A stretch of DNA of 31,665 nucleotides from a virus (lineage: Duplodnaviria > Caudoviricetes). A program made the translations under genes and the position numbers. Below are positions 1 through 8,383 of this stretch, in pieces (the first letter of the stretch is position 1; each line of letters starts with the position of its first letter). The stretch lies in the IMG/VR virus record IMGVR_UViG_3300020151_000653, positions 1 to 31,665 of that record. The stretch is one strand, 5' to 3'. The notes beneath the pieces are model-generated. The model worked only from the letters and a program-made list of their open reading frames with translations. It was not told the DNA's origin and did not search any database.

Positions 1-309
1 AACGAATATGTGGGCATAGTGCAAAATCGTGATGATGCTATTACAACTATCTACGATTTTGGTGCCGTTACAGATCAGGATGCCAAGCGTAGATTTATAG
101 ATCTAGCCAACACTTGGTGGTGGGAATCAAATCGATCCATACCCATCAACATATTCCTACGTGGTGAATGGGACGAATTCCGTGTGTGCTTACGCACGTT
201 TGTGAACAAAGATTTAGAAATCTTGCACGGCCCTGTGTGCAGTTTAAACGATATTGCCCGTAGAAAAGGCAAGCGCAAATCAATTACCCTGGTTCGGCGT
301 ATTGATTAA
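1..309 (+). CDS. Hypothetical phage protein, 5'-truncated by the window edge
   Basis: Frame is open from position 1 (NEYVGIVQNRDD...) to TAA at 307-309; basic C-terminus (RRKGKRKSITL); overlaps the convergent gene by 30 nt. Confidence 0.75.
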   Translation, partial: NEYVGIVQNRDDAITTIYDFGAVTDQDAKRRFIDLANTWWWESNRSIPINIFLRGEWDEFRVCLRTFVNKDLEILHGPVCSLNDIARRKGKRKSITLVRRID

Positions 310-849
310 ATTCATATGTAGCGAAACCAAGGCTGCATAACCAAGTGAATGTGCTTTCTTGAATGTATAGCCTCGAGTATCATCCCCATCCCACACTGAT
401 TCAAATACCTTGGGCCAAGGTTGATTTTGCAAGTGTGCTTTGCCCGGACGTATCACACTGATAAATGCAGCCATTCTAGGAATTGAATCAGGCTGCATAC
501 TCTTTAGCAATGCTTGATAGTTGCCTATGTGAACAATCTGCTGGGCCCATTCAGGATCCAACCAAAGTCTAGACCAAGGTGGGTCAGCTGCCAACATCTG
601 TTCATAGTGTGCAGGATCCTTTACTAGATTGTACACACTCATGTTTAACAAATCAATTTTAAAGTAGCCTCGAGATTCAGCTGTTTCGTAGTCGATAGCT
701 GCATATCCTAACACAGGGTCACGTGGAATGTCTGTGACATAGATTCCTGAGTTGTGTTTCCGGCCGTTGCTTTGTCGTGCCACTGTGTGCTGAATCAATG
801 CCAGCACAGCATCTCTGTTGGGCACATCAATATCAATATCAGCACTCAT
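280..849 (-). CDS. Miniature DNA polymerase III alpha (DnaE, family C)-like catalytic core, 189 aa
   Basis: Colinear DnaE-type motifs: ADIDID (cf. PDFDVD), RKHNSGIYV (cf. GKHAGGVVI), GYFKIDLL (cf. GLVKFDFL), MAAFISVIRPG (cf. MIALVALFRPG), GYTFKKAHSLGYA (cf. GYGFNKSHSAAYA). Confidence 0.85.
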   Translation of the reverse strand: MSADIDIDVPNRDAVLALIQHTVARQSNGRKHNSGIYVTDIPRDPVLGYAAIDYETAESRGYFKIDLLNMSVYNLVKDPAHYEQMLAADPPWSRLWLDPEWAQQIVHIGNYQALLKSMQPDSIPRMAAFISVIRPGKAHLQNQPWPKVFESVWDGDDTRGYTFKKAHSLGYAALVSLHMNLINTPNQGN

Positions 850-2356
850 ATTTTTTCCTGTATTGTTCTAATTCTGGAATGTAATTTTCAAGTTGAATGT
901 TTCTGGATTGATCCAGCTTGTGATTAAATTCAAAAAATTGTTGAAGCTTGTGTTGATCTATTGCTGGGTCGCTGTTGTAATGAGATATCAGTCCATCAAT
1001 GAAACTTTTCAACAATGCATCATTCTTATAACAGTTTAACTGTTTTATTGGCAAAAGTCGATCTTTTGCCAACTCTGAATCTGGAAATCTTAATGCAGAC
1101 AGCATGTCTTGTTTACTGCTGGCCAATTGTGCATGTACCAACACGCCCGGAAGTGAGTGGTCAAACCATTGAAATAACTCATGCAATCTTACTACATTAT
1201 AAATTGAAACTGTGGTATTGACACTGACCACATGCCCATGATCTCTAAGGTATTGAATATTGTCTACTATCGTGGACCAAATTGAAGGCCACCGTATGTA
1301 GTGATTTAATTGATCAAACCCATCTATGCTAAAAATAAACTGCATGTTTGGTAATTGAGCCAATTGCCTTTTAAATCGTTGATTTAATTTAGTACCATTT
1401 GTATTCACTACAAATTCAAACACACGATTTTCTTTAATACACTTGTCTACAAAATTATAGAACTCGGGCATGGCTGTGGGTTCTCCTCCGGCCACATAGA
1501 GCTTTTTTAAATTGGTAAAATTAACAATGTCAAAATTACTACGTTGTACAGGAGGTAATTTTGAAATAAGACTTAACCGACGATATTCTTTGCCTATCAA
1601 TTGACTAGATTCAGGGCTGCACATTCTACATTGTAGATTACACACGTTGCTGGGTCGAATTTCGTAGTAGGCTGGATGTTCGATCAATGACAGATCTTCT
1701 AGGCTTGATAAATCTAATCTATTGGCCCATTCTACTGTTTCTTGTTTTCTAGCACTCCGAATATTTTTGTTTTCTAATTCGTAACATGAATTACAATGTT
1801 CTGGTATCAATGCACCTTGCAGCATTTTATCTCGAATGACCTTGTAGTGTGGGTCTGTAGCAAAATTAACAATGTCACCGGCGTATGTTATGGGGGTTGT
1901 TGAACGACAACACACTGTGGTTTGCCCGTCATCTCGTTGATTTGTCAAAAGTTCAATGAAGGGAAAGATGCAAAAACTTGGATTGGTGTTGACTAAATTT
2001 TCAAAAAAATCAATCTCACTTACATAGTTTTGATTTAAAAATTTCACTGAAGTTTTTATTTCTTTAGATAATTTTATGGTTTTTAAAAATGCGTCAGGAT
2101 GTGAATATTGTTCTTTGGGTTGATCTAAGATAATAACTGTATCAAATTGATTGGCCAAGTCAACTAATTTTCCATATTCTATGTCGTATACACTGGTGTG
2201 ATAATAGCCAATATTTTCAATGCTATCTAATGTAACCGTGTTATCTAAATCAGACAGTAGGCCGTAGCACTGGACATTGGCCTTGGCAGCCAACAATCGT
2301 GTTTTAGAATCAGTGTCTTCGGTGTTGTTTCCTACACATAGGATACGCTGATTCAT
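839..2356 (-). CDS. Radical SAM protein with an N-terminal Cys-rich (Twitch/SPASM-like) module and an extra N-terminal domain
   Basis: CNLQCRMC (CxxxCxxC), AGGEP, VNTNGT, FSIDG; upstream FCIFPF..CCRS..CNSC cysteine set. Confidence 0.9.
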   Translation of the reverse strand: MNQRILCVGNNTEDTDSKTRLLAAKANVQCYGLLSDLDNTVTLDSIENIGYYHTSVYDIEYGKLVDLANQFDTVIILDQPKEQYSHPDAFLKTIKLSKEIKTSVKFLNQNYVSEIDFFENLVNTNPSFCIFPFIELLTNQRDDGQTTVCCRSTTPITYAGDIVNFATDPHYKVIRDKMLQGALIPEHCNSCYELENKNIRSARKQETVEWANRLDLSSLEDLSLIEHPAYYEIRPSNVCNLQCRMCSPESSQLIGKEYRRLSLISKLPPVQRSNFDIVNFTNLKKLYVAGGEPTAMPEFYNFVDKCIKENRVFEFVVNTNGTKLNQRFKRQLAQLPNMQFIFSIDGFDQLNHYIRWPSIWSTIVDNIQYLRDHGHVVSVNTTVSIYNVVRLHELFQWFDHSLPGVLVHAQLASSKQDMLSALRFPDSELAKDRLLPIKQLNCYKNDALLKSFIDGLISHYNSDPAIDQHKLQQFFEFNHKLDQSRNIQLENYIPELEQYRKKYEC

Positions 2357-2357
2357 A

Positions 2358-3044
2358 CTACCATCCTGCCTGTGTTAGTATCTCTCTTGCGTATTCTTGA
2401 TCTGCTGGGTAATCTGTAAACTTCTTTTGCCATATGTCTGAATCGATATAAGGCCATATCATGGCCACTTGCTCTGCATTGAGTTCATTTAAAAACTTCT
2501 GTCCTGAATCACTGTGGTAGATTACCCAGGCACTGATCCTGCCTGTGGTTATAGCATAGCATGTGGCATTAGCACTGCCATATCGCAAACAATCATGCGA
2601 AGGTGCTGTGCTTTTTTCACTCCAGTCAATTCCATATTCGATGGCTCTGGCCAACGCATCATTCACAGTTTCTTTCTGTACATAAGTTATGAGATACTCG
2701 GTGTATAGCTTATCGCTGCACCAGTTGTCAATCTTGCGATTGCCGTTTAACAGCCATTCTATAAATCGTGCAGGATTGATCACCCGGGCACCCACACAAT
2801 ATCTACCCCATTTCACAAATGCTCGATAGTAAGGTGATGTAGCAAAGTCATCCCATGATTTTAGTTTAGCAGACCCTTGTGTGTATTCGTAAAACTTTAG
2901 ATATCCTTGTAGACCCAGTTGCACGCCACGTTCTGAAGATTCCTGATATCGTTTCTTTTGTTCACACACATGCACACTCAGCGTGGTTTCCTTGCTAAAT
3001 GATCTAGCACAATACTTACATGTGAAATTACTTGTCGGTTCCAT
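2358..3044 (-). CDS. Hypothetical protein with an N-terminal zinc-finger-like motif
   Basis: FTCKYCARSFSKETTLSVHVC (C2HC). Start placed at ATG 3044 rather than 3065. Confidence 0.75.
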   Translation of the reverse strand: MEPTSNFTCKYCARSFSKETTLSVHVCEQKKRYQESSERGVQLGLQGYLKFYEYTQGSAKLKSWDDFATSPYYRAFVKWGRYCVGARVINPARFIEWLLNGNRKIDNWCSDKLYTEYLITYVQKETVNDALARAIEYGIDWSEKSTAPSHDCLRYGSANATCYAITTGRISAWVIYHSDSGQKFLNELNAEQVAMIWPYIDSDIWQKKFTDYPADQEYAREILTQAGW

Positions 3045-3471
3045 GGGCACGTAGCAGTTGTGCAACTTCTTTTTTGTTTGTGAGTTGAGACATCAAATCA
3101 ATCTCATCATCTTTGAAGTGTGGGTACAATTCACGTAATTGTTTCTTCATGGCCGAGTCTCCGGCTTCTTTCTTTTTGAGTGATATCCAACTATGCTTCA
3201 TTGCACCCAGTCCTGGGCTGGCTGCGGTGGCCATGAGCCATTGCAGTTTAGGATGTTTGTACAAGGTAAAGAAGTGTTTGTTCAAATAATGATTTACACT
3301 CTGCACATAATATTCTTGGATCTCTCTACTGCCGTCAACCGCTGATCCCCACCGTACCATAAGGAATGTTGAGAACTTCTTGCGTTCTTCAGGCGTGAGT
3401 TCATCATAGAATGCACGATTCTTTGCATCCAGTTGACGCATTTCGTTAGAGATGTGTAGTTTATCGCTCAT
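3028..3471 (-). CDS. Putative clamp-loader small subunit (T4 gp62-like)
   Basis: 147 aa; EERKKFSTFLMVRWGS, HPKLQW and HSWISLKKK segments resemble gp62-family patterns; lies in a replication gene context. Confidence 0.55.
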   Translation of the reverse strand: MSDKLHISNEMRQLDAKNRAFYDELTPEERKKFSTFLMVRWGSAVDGSREIQEYYVQSVNHYLNKHFFTLYKHPKLQWLMATAASPGLGAMKHSWISLKKKEAGDSAMKKQLRELYPHFKDDEIDLMSQLTNKKEVAQLLRAHGTDK

Positions 3472-3758
3472 TTTGTTTTGGTAAGATGATAGATCATTAT
3501 AGCACGTTCCAAGGCATCTTGTAAAGTGGGATTGGTCTGGGCTGCTCTGCGTATGTTGCCCCAGAGTTTATCTTCCATTATTCCGTCGCGCCGTTGTTTC
3601 ATTCCTGTCCTAATGTCACGATCTCTACGTTCTTCAAATGTGTCGTAGTCATGCCCAATTTCTACTCGTGTGCTGGAATCTGCACCGGCCTCGCGAGCAT
3701 ACACTGTGTTACCATCACGTTCGTAAATCAAACTAGCGCCGGGCTTTAGTTGTCCCAT
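3468..3758 (-). CDS. Hypothetical protein
   Basis: 96-aa ORF with stop/start overlaps to both neighbours. Confidence 0.75.
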   Translation of the reverse strand: MGQLKPGASLIYERDGNTVYAREAGADSSTRVEIGHDYDTFEERRDRDIRTGMKQRRDGIMEDKLWGNIRRAAQTNPTLQDALERAIMIYHLTKTK

Positions 3759-4258
3759 TACCAGGCTCGGTTATAGTCCACAATCTCGCAATTGCGGCTG
3801 ATGTCTTTGACAAAATACACACAGTCTGGTTGCTCTGCGTCATTGATAGGTACACATAACATCTGCCCATTCTTTAATTTGGGTGCATACCATGCCACTT
3901 CTTGATATACATCAATGATCTCCAAGGCAGGAAAACTGGGTCGGAAACTGCTCAGTGGATTGAATTGGAATACTTTGAATCCACGATCATTTACACTTGT
4001 GAGAGGAAGGATTTCTAGATCGCCCACATCAGGCTCACCAATTAAAATTTGCCAATCCACAGGCATTTTGATCTTGAAGTCACCTATTTGCAATACTAGT
4101 GCAGGTGCATTGAAGCTTTCTAAAAAAATTAAAGGAATATAATGATAGTCTGGATTGGCTGGATCTGAATTATCCAAGATGGCAAATCTCATGTCATCTA
4201 CCTCTTCGGGCAAATGGTCAAGATCGTAGGGTTTGTTGTCTAATGTAAGTATACGAAT
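3758..4258 (-). CDS. Hypothetical phage protein, possibly a degenerate Hint-like fold; probable ATT start codon
   Basis: GGAG SD (4268-4265) lies 6 nt before in-frame ATT at 4258, giving (M)RILTLDN...; the ORF-track TTG at 4309 has no SD. Confidence 0.7.
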   Translation of the reverse strand: MRILTLDNKPYDLDHLPEEVDDMRFAILDNSDPANPDYHYIPLIFLESFNAPALVLQIGDFKIKMPVDWQILIGEPDVGDLEILPLTSVNDRGFKVFQFNPLSSFRPSFPALEIIDVYQEVAWYAPKLKNGQMLCVPINDAEQPDCVYFVKDISRNCEIVDYNRAW

Positions 4259-4346
4259 TTTCTTCTCCGTTATGAATAAAAATGTCAATCGCAACCTTGC
4301 AGGATCCAATGACTCTAACAGTTAAAAAGAAACTGTCAGCAATGTT

Positions 4347-4376
4347 ATTATAGCATCAATGATCGAGCAAAGTCAA
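4347..4376 (-). promoter_or_regulatory. Sigma70-type promoter
   Basis: TTGACT (4376-4371), 18-nt spacer ending TGc, TATAAT (4352-4347). Confidence 0.75.
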
Positions 4377-4413
4377 ATGAATTTTCAAAAGATATCCAAG
4401 ATTTAAAGAATCT

Positions 4414-5073
4414 TTAAACCTGTTCATTTATAAATTTTGATAATTTAATAGATAAAATATCAATCACCGAAGACTCAGACAAATCAACTTGACGGGCTAT
4501 CCATTCATTATGAAATTTTTTACATTGTGCTGTAACTGATTTTAAATGCGGTATTTGATCAATCAAACTATCAATTCCATTTTTTTCAAGCAAATGACTC
4601 ACATCTATTTTATTTGAGTTTTGCACTAATCTCTGTTGCATTAGTATCCAATTATAGTTTGTGATCCAATCTAGATACATCTCAGCGGCACGTTCTGCTT
4701 TGCCCAATAATACCAATTCCCTTATGGTAAGAAAAAAATCACCAAATGGGCTTAGTAATACTGCATAGTTTCTAGTTGCACAATCACGTCTGGCCCATAT
4801 AGAATAATTGTTTGCAGTTGGAACCACTATCCATACAGGTATCACTGGAAGTCTTAGCAATTTATCGATAGAATGAGTGCCAACATATGATTCAGAAAAA
4901 CTGTTGGCCAACTCTAACCATTCTGAATCAGCTAAAGAGTTATCTTGAAATTTCATAGTAGCAGTCGAGATGACACGACCGTTTGTGCTAATTGCTTGAT
5001 TCCATTGATGGTTGCAACAACTAACAACAAAATCCCCGGCACATCCTGATACATAACTTACTAAATGTTTCAT
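4414..5073 (-). CDS. Hypothetical protein with an N-terminal strand plus Gly-rich loop (sulfotransferase/kinase-like?)
   Basis: 219-aa AT-rich ORF beginning LVSYVSGCAGDFV. Family assignment is weak. Confidence 0.65.
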   Translation of the reverse strand: MKHLVSYVSGCAGDFVVSCCNHQWNQAISTNGRVISTATMKFQDNSLADSEWLELANSFSESYVGTHSIDKLLRLPVIPVWIVVPTANNYSIWARRDCATRNYAVLLSPFGDFFLTIRELVLLGKAERAAEMYLDWITNYNWILMQQRLVQNSNKIDVSHLLEKNGIDSLIDQIPHLKSVTAQCKKFHNEWIARQVDLSESSVIDILSIKLSKFINEQV

Positions 5074-5081
5074 TTGTTATA

Positions 5082-5702
5082 TCAACAGACATCAACCGTT
5101 GTGAGTATTTGGCGAACTTCGGTGGCCATTCGATTCTGCCATACAGGATCATCGGTATGATATCCAGGACTCATTTTAAATTCTGGGTGGCCATTTAGAT
5201 TGGTGCATTCTCGAGACCTAAATTCACTCACAATTGATTCTATCAACGGCACTAGCGGAGCACCAGGCGCACCATACAATCCATTCCAATTAAATGCATA
5301 TGGTAATCCACGACGCTCACATTCAAGGAACATGCATCGGGCCATCACACAAGATTTAAAAAGATTCATGTTATCATCTGTGGTGGCACGAAACAGATCC
5401 ACTGCCAATCGCTGATCGTTGTTTAACGCACTATTTCCACTGCTGTACCATATGTTGTCACTGTGAGCCTGACCTGGAGGGATCAGAAATTCAATACGAT
5501 CGGGCTGGGTGAATCCCATGACCACTGCGTCTGGATTGAGTTTTAATGCTTGAAAGAACTGATATGCAATCATTCCATTACTGCTGCCCGATATACTACG
5601 CATGATGATTTCATATTCGGGCAACATCTCACTCCAATGTTGCCCCGGAAAACCTGAGTCAGGATGCATAAAACTATCACCCACCACTAGTAATTTTTTC
5701 AT
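5082..5702 (-). CDS. SGNH/GDSL hydrolase-like protein
   Basis: LLVVGDSF (block I), SISGSSN (block II-like), C-terminal GYHT. ATG 5702 overlaps the helicase stop (ATGA). Confidence 0.7.
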   Translation of the reverse strand: MKKLLVVGDSFMHPDSGFPGQHWSEMLPEYEIIMRSISGSSNGMIAYQFFQALKLNPDAVVMGFTQPDRIEFLIPPGQAHSDNIWYSSGNSALNNDQRLAVDLFRATTDDNMNLFKSCVMARCMFLECERRGLPYAFNWNGLYGAPGAPLVPLIESIVSEFRSRECTNLNGHPEFKMSPGYHTDDPVWQNRMATEVRQILTTVDVC

Positions 5703-7159
5703 TGCCATGACAATTTCTCCTGAGTGTAAGGATAGTTGGCTTCATTGTAAAAAGTTTTACGTTTGGCCAAATGACGTTTGCTAAATCTGCACGTACTAGT
5801 AATATCCCATATCTGTACATGATCTTTATCTTCGGCTTTGCGGATACCACGCCCAATTGATTGTATTACTCGAGTAAAACTTTTGCCCGGTTCAAGCATG
5901 ACCAGATTGAAGATACGTGGTATATTGATACCCACTGCTGCCACGCCATATGTGGCCACAATAATTTTATCTGTGCTGATGGCCACTTCGTCGTATTCAT
6001 CTTGCCGAGCTCGGGCCTTGGTTGCTCCTGACACAAACACAGCACGATCACCAAGACGCGAAACTAATTCATGCCCGGCTGCCACACGATCCACTAGCAC
6101 TAGTGTGTTGCCTGTTTCATTTACTTGTAGCACTAACCGTGCAATTGCATCTAGCCTACCTGGTTCTTCCAATAGATATTTTAGTTCTTCTTGATAGGTC
6201 TTGTGATCTCGGATGTCTACCAGTTGTACCACATTCACATGGCACTGCGCTAACACACCGCGATCCTGTAATTCACTTGCTGCCAATTTAGATATCACTG
6301 GGCCTAAACTTACTAACAAACTTTGACTCTCAAACAGTTCTTTAGGTATGGTTCCTGTTAGACCCCATCGAATTGGCACTCTGGCCATCACGCCTGTGAG
6401 CAGGGTTTTGAGTGCATCTGCTTTGGCCATATGCACTTCGTCTACTATCACACACACCACATCTTGTAAAAACTCTTGTATGGTACAATCACCTATGCCA
6501 TTCTTTGTGTTTTTTAACAAGTTGTTTAGACTTTGCCAAGTACAGATGGTATGTGATCTTCCATATTCTTTTCTATCTCCAAAGTACACACCCACATCCA
6601 ATTCCATGTTGATGTAGTCTTTTTCAGTTTGTGTCACAAGACTTTTGTTAGGAACTATCACAATGCTGCGACCATACTTGCTGACCGCATCACTTAGTGC
6701 GGCTGTCATTATAGTTTTACCTGCACCAGTGGCCACCTCCTGCAAGCATTGTGGGTTGGCCAAGAAATTGTTCACAATTTCAACTTGGTAATCACGCAAT
6801 AAGATAGGTTGTCCTTCTGCAGGATGCCCTTTGGACCATTTTCGATCTTGATAACTAGTTTCAACTACTTGATCAAATTCAAACGTGGTAGTGTACTCAC
6901 GTTGATCATCTAGCTCAATATCATAGTTGTGTTTTTCTAAGATAGGAATAATGTCTGGCAAAAGATTCACATAAGTGCTGCCGCCTAGCTGGAAGTATGC
7001 TACCTTGCCATCCCACCGTCCTAGTCTTACAGCAGGAAGATAACGTGCGTAAGGAACATCGTATTTGAACTTTTTTACTAGATCTCTGCGTGTGTCAAGA
7101 TCCAATCCTTCAATTTTGATATTGACTTCGTCACTTATGGTTATAACTGCTTTTTTCAT
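5699..7159 (-). CDS. uvsW: UvsW-like superfamily 2 DNA helicase
   Basis: LRDYQ, ATGAGKT, VIVDEVH, GLTGT, GINIP, QSIGRGIR; 486 aa. Confidence 0.92.
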   Translation of the reverse strand: MKKAVITISDEVNIKIEGLDLDTRRDLVKKFKYDVPYARYLPAVRLGRWDGKVAYFQLGGSTYVNLLPDIIPILEKHNYDIELDDQREYTTTFEFDQVVETSYQDRKWSKGHPAEGQPILLRDYQVEIVNNFLANPQCLQEVATGAGKTIMTAALSDAVSKYGRSIVIVPNKSLVTQTEKDYINMELDVGVYFGDRKEYGRSHTICTWQSLNNLLKNTKNGIGDCTIQEFLQDVVCVIVDEVHMAKADALKTLLTGVMARVPIRWGLTGTIPKELFESQSLLVSLGPVISKLAASELQDRGVLAQCHVNVVQLVDIRDHKTYQEELKYLLEEPGRLDAIARLVLQVNETGNTLVLVDRVAAGHELVSRLGDRAVFVSGATKARARQDEYDEVAISTDKIIVATYGVAAVGINIPRIFNLVMLEPGKSFTRVIQSIGRGIRKAEDKDHVQIWDITSTCRFSKRHLAKRKTFYNEANYPYTQEKLSWQ

Positions 7160-8019
7160 TCTATAGATACTCGAGTAACATGTTGTCTTTGTGCAATCAG
7201 TTCTATTAGATTGTCTTTTGATCTGGTGTCTTGCAAATCAGCCACTGGATATCTCAATGGCATTGCATGTATATTATACACGTTTTCAATACCACGAGCA
7301 AGAAAAAAATTCTGGTGCTGTTGTATGTACTTTTCTATCACAGGTAATTTTATAGAATTGTCTATGTCAAAAAACGGAACAACAAAATCTGCCGAATAGT
7401 GGCGCCAAGGTTGAAATGCATCATCACCTATGTATTGATCTTGATCGTACGCAAGGTCTTCTACAGTTTTTCCTATCTCTACATAATTTAGATATACAGT
7501 ACCAAATGGCACTGTGATTGATCCGTATTGTTTTGCTATCTCAGGATCTAATTTGTATATCTTAGGCATACCAAACCATGTGCAAACCAATCTAGGTTTG
7601 TGATGTCCTACACTTTCGCATCTATGCACTGCTATATTGAGTTCTGCTAATGCAGTCCGGACTGAGTCGGGTGCTTGAATCCAAAAATCATGAGTCTGTT
7701 GATCTAATAACCCATGATAAATTTCAAATACGTGATGCAAATAATTAAGACAATCCTTATCTTTAATTGATGTAAAAGGTCTGTCAATGATGCATTGATA
7801 CGAGTTGATAGTGTCAATACATGTACGGATATAAGTTTCTGCGCGAGTTATTTGTTGTTCTACAGAATCAAAATTGTAAAATCTTGTAGAATCATCCAAT
7901 GGCCAAGCATTACGAATACTCATACGCTCAACCCAAGCGTGGGCTATTGGGTTATTTCTAATAGCAAAACGTAATTGGATAGGATCTGTAGTGCCTAGAT
8001 CAAGTACAAGATATGACAT
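7156..8019 (-). CDS. Hypothetical protein, probably leaderless
   Basis: ATG 8019 lies 6 nt downstream of a TATACT -10 element; His/Glu-rich segments (LHHVFE, VHRCE, YVEIGK). Confidence 0.75.
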   Translation of the reverse strand: MSYLVLDLGTTDPIQLRFAIRNNPIAHAWVERMSIRNAWPLDDSTRFYNFDSVEQQITRAETYIRTCIDTINSYQCIIDRPFTSIKDKDCLNYLHHVFEIYHGLLDQQTHDFWIQAPDSVRTALAELNIAVHRCESVGHHKPRLVCTWFGMPKIYKLDPEIAKQYGSITVPFGTVYLNYVEIGKTVEDLAYDQDQYIGDDAFQPWRHYSADFVVPFFDIDNSIKLPVIEKYIQQHQNFFLARGIENVYNIHAMPLRYPVADLQDTRSKDNLIELIAQRQHVTRVSIE

Positions 8020-8025
8020 TGTGCT

Positions 8026-8054
8026 AGTATATAGCACTCAGAAGAAAAAGTCAA
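8026..8054 (-). promoter_or_regulatory. Sigma70-type promoter
   Basis: TTGACT (8054-8049), 17-nt spacer, TATACT (8031-8026). Confidence 0.8.
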
Positions 8055-8078
8055 AAAGACAGGCACCGAAATGCCTGT
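8053..8078 (-). terminator. Rho-independent terminator
   Basis: Minus strand ACAGGCAT-TTCG-GTGCCTGT followed by CTTTTT. Confidence 0.75.
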
Positions 8079-8141
8079 GTAAAAAGTCGCTGGGCTAGAA
8101 ATTCACTGCGACTTTGTTATTGCGGATTTACTCCGCAAATC

Positions 8142-8291
8142 TTAAAAAATCAATTTTAATACCTCGGCTAAATTCCATGCGCTCAGGCATATCCAAAACC
8201 ATCCAAATGTATTTTGCTGTCGTTCAAAACTACCCTTGGCCAACCAGCCTTGCAGTAGCATAAACAGTACTGACAAATCCATGGCACTCAT
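8142..8291 (-). CDS. Small hydrophobic/membrane peptide, 49 aa (not in ORF track)
   Basis: MSAMDLSVLFMLLQGWLAKGSFERQQNTFGWFWICLSAWNLAEVLKLIF*; starts via TAA-C-ATG after the previous ORF. Confidence 0.6.
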   Translation of the reverse strand: MSAMDLSVLFMLLQGWLAKGSFERQQNTFGWFWICLSAWNLAEVLKLIF

Positions 8292-8292
8292 G

Positions 8293-8382
8293 TTATTCGC
8301 TCAGTAAAAGAAGAAGAATTATGAAGGCCGCAAACCATGGATAGCCGCAAAGTAGTGCAACAATAACGGCTAGCCATGCCAT
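8293..8382 (-). CDS. Small membrane peptide, 29 aa (not in ORF track)
   Basis: MAWLAVIVALLCGYPWFAAFIILLLLLSE*; starts via TAA-C-ATG after the AAA gene. Confidence 0.6.
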   Translation of the reverse strand: MAWLAVIVALLCGYPWFAAFIILLLLLSE

Positions 8383-8383
8383 G

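Noticed and set aside
8040-8141. tRNA in the hairpin-rich intergenic region
   Set aside because: No cloverleaf closing stem or T-loop (GTTCGA) consensus is seen; no tRNA was recognised anywhere in the window.
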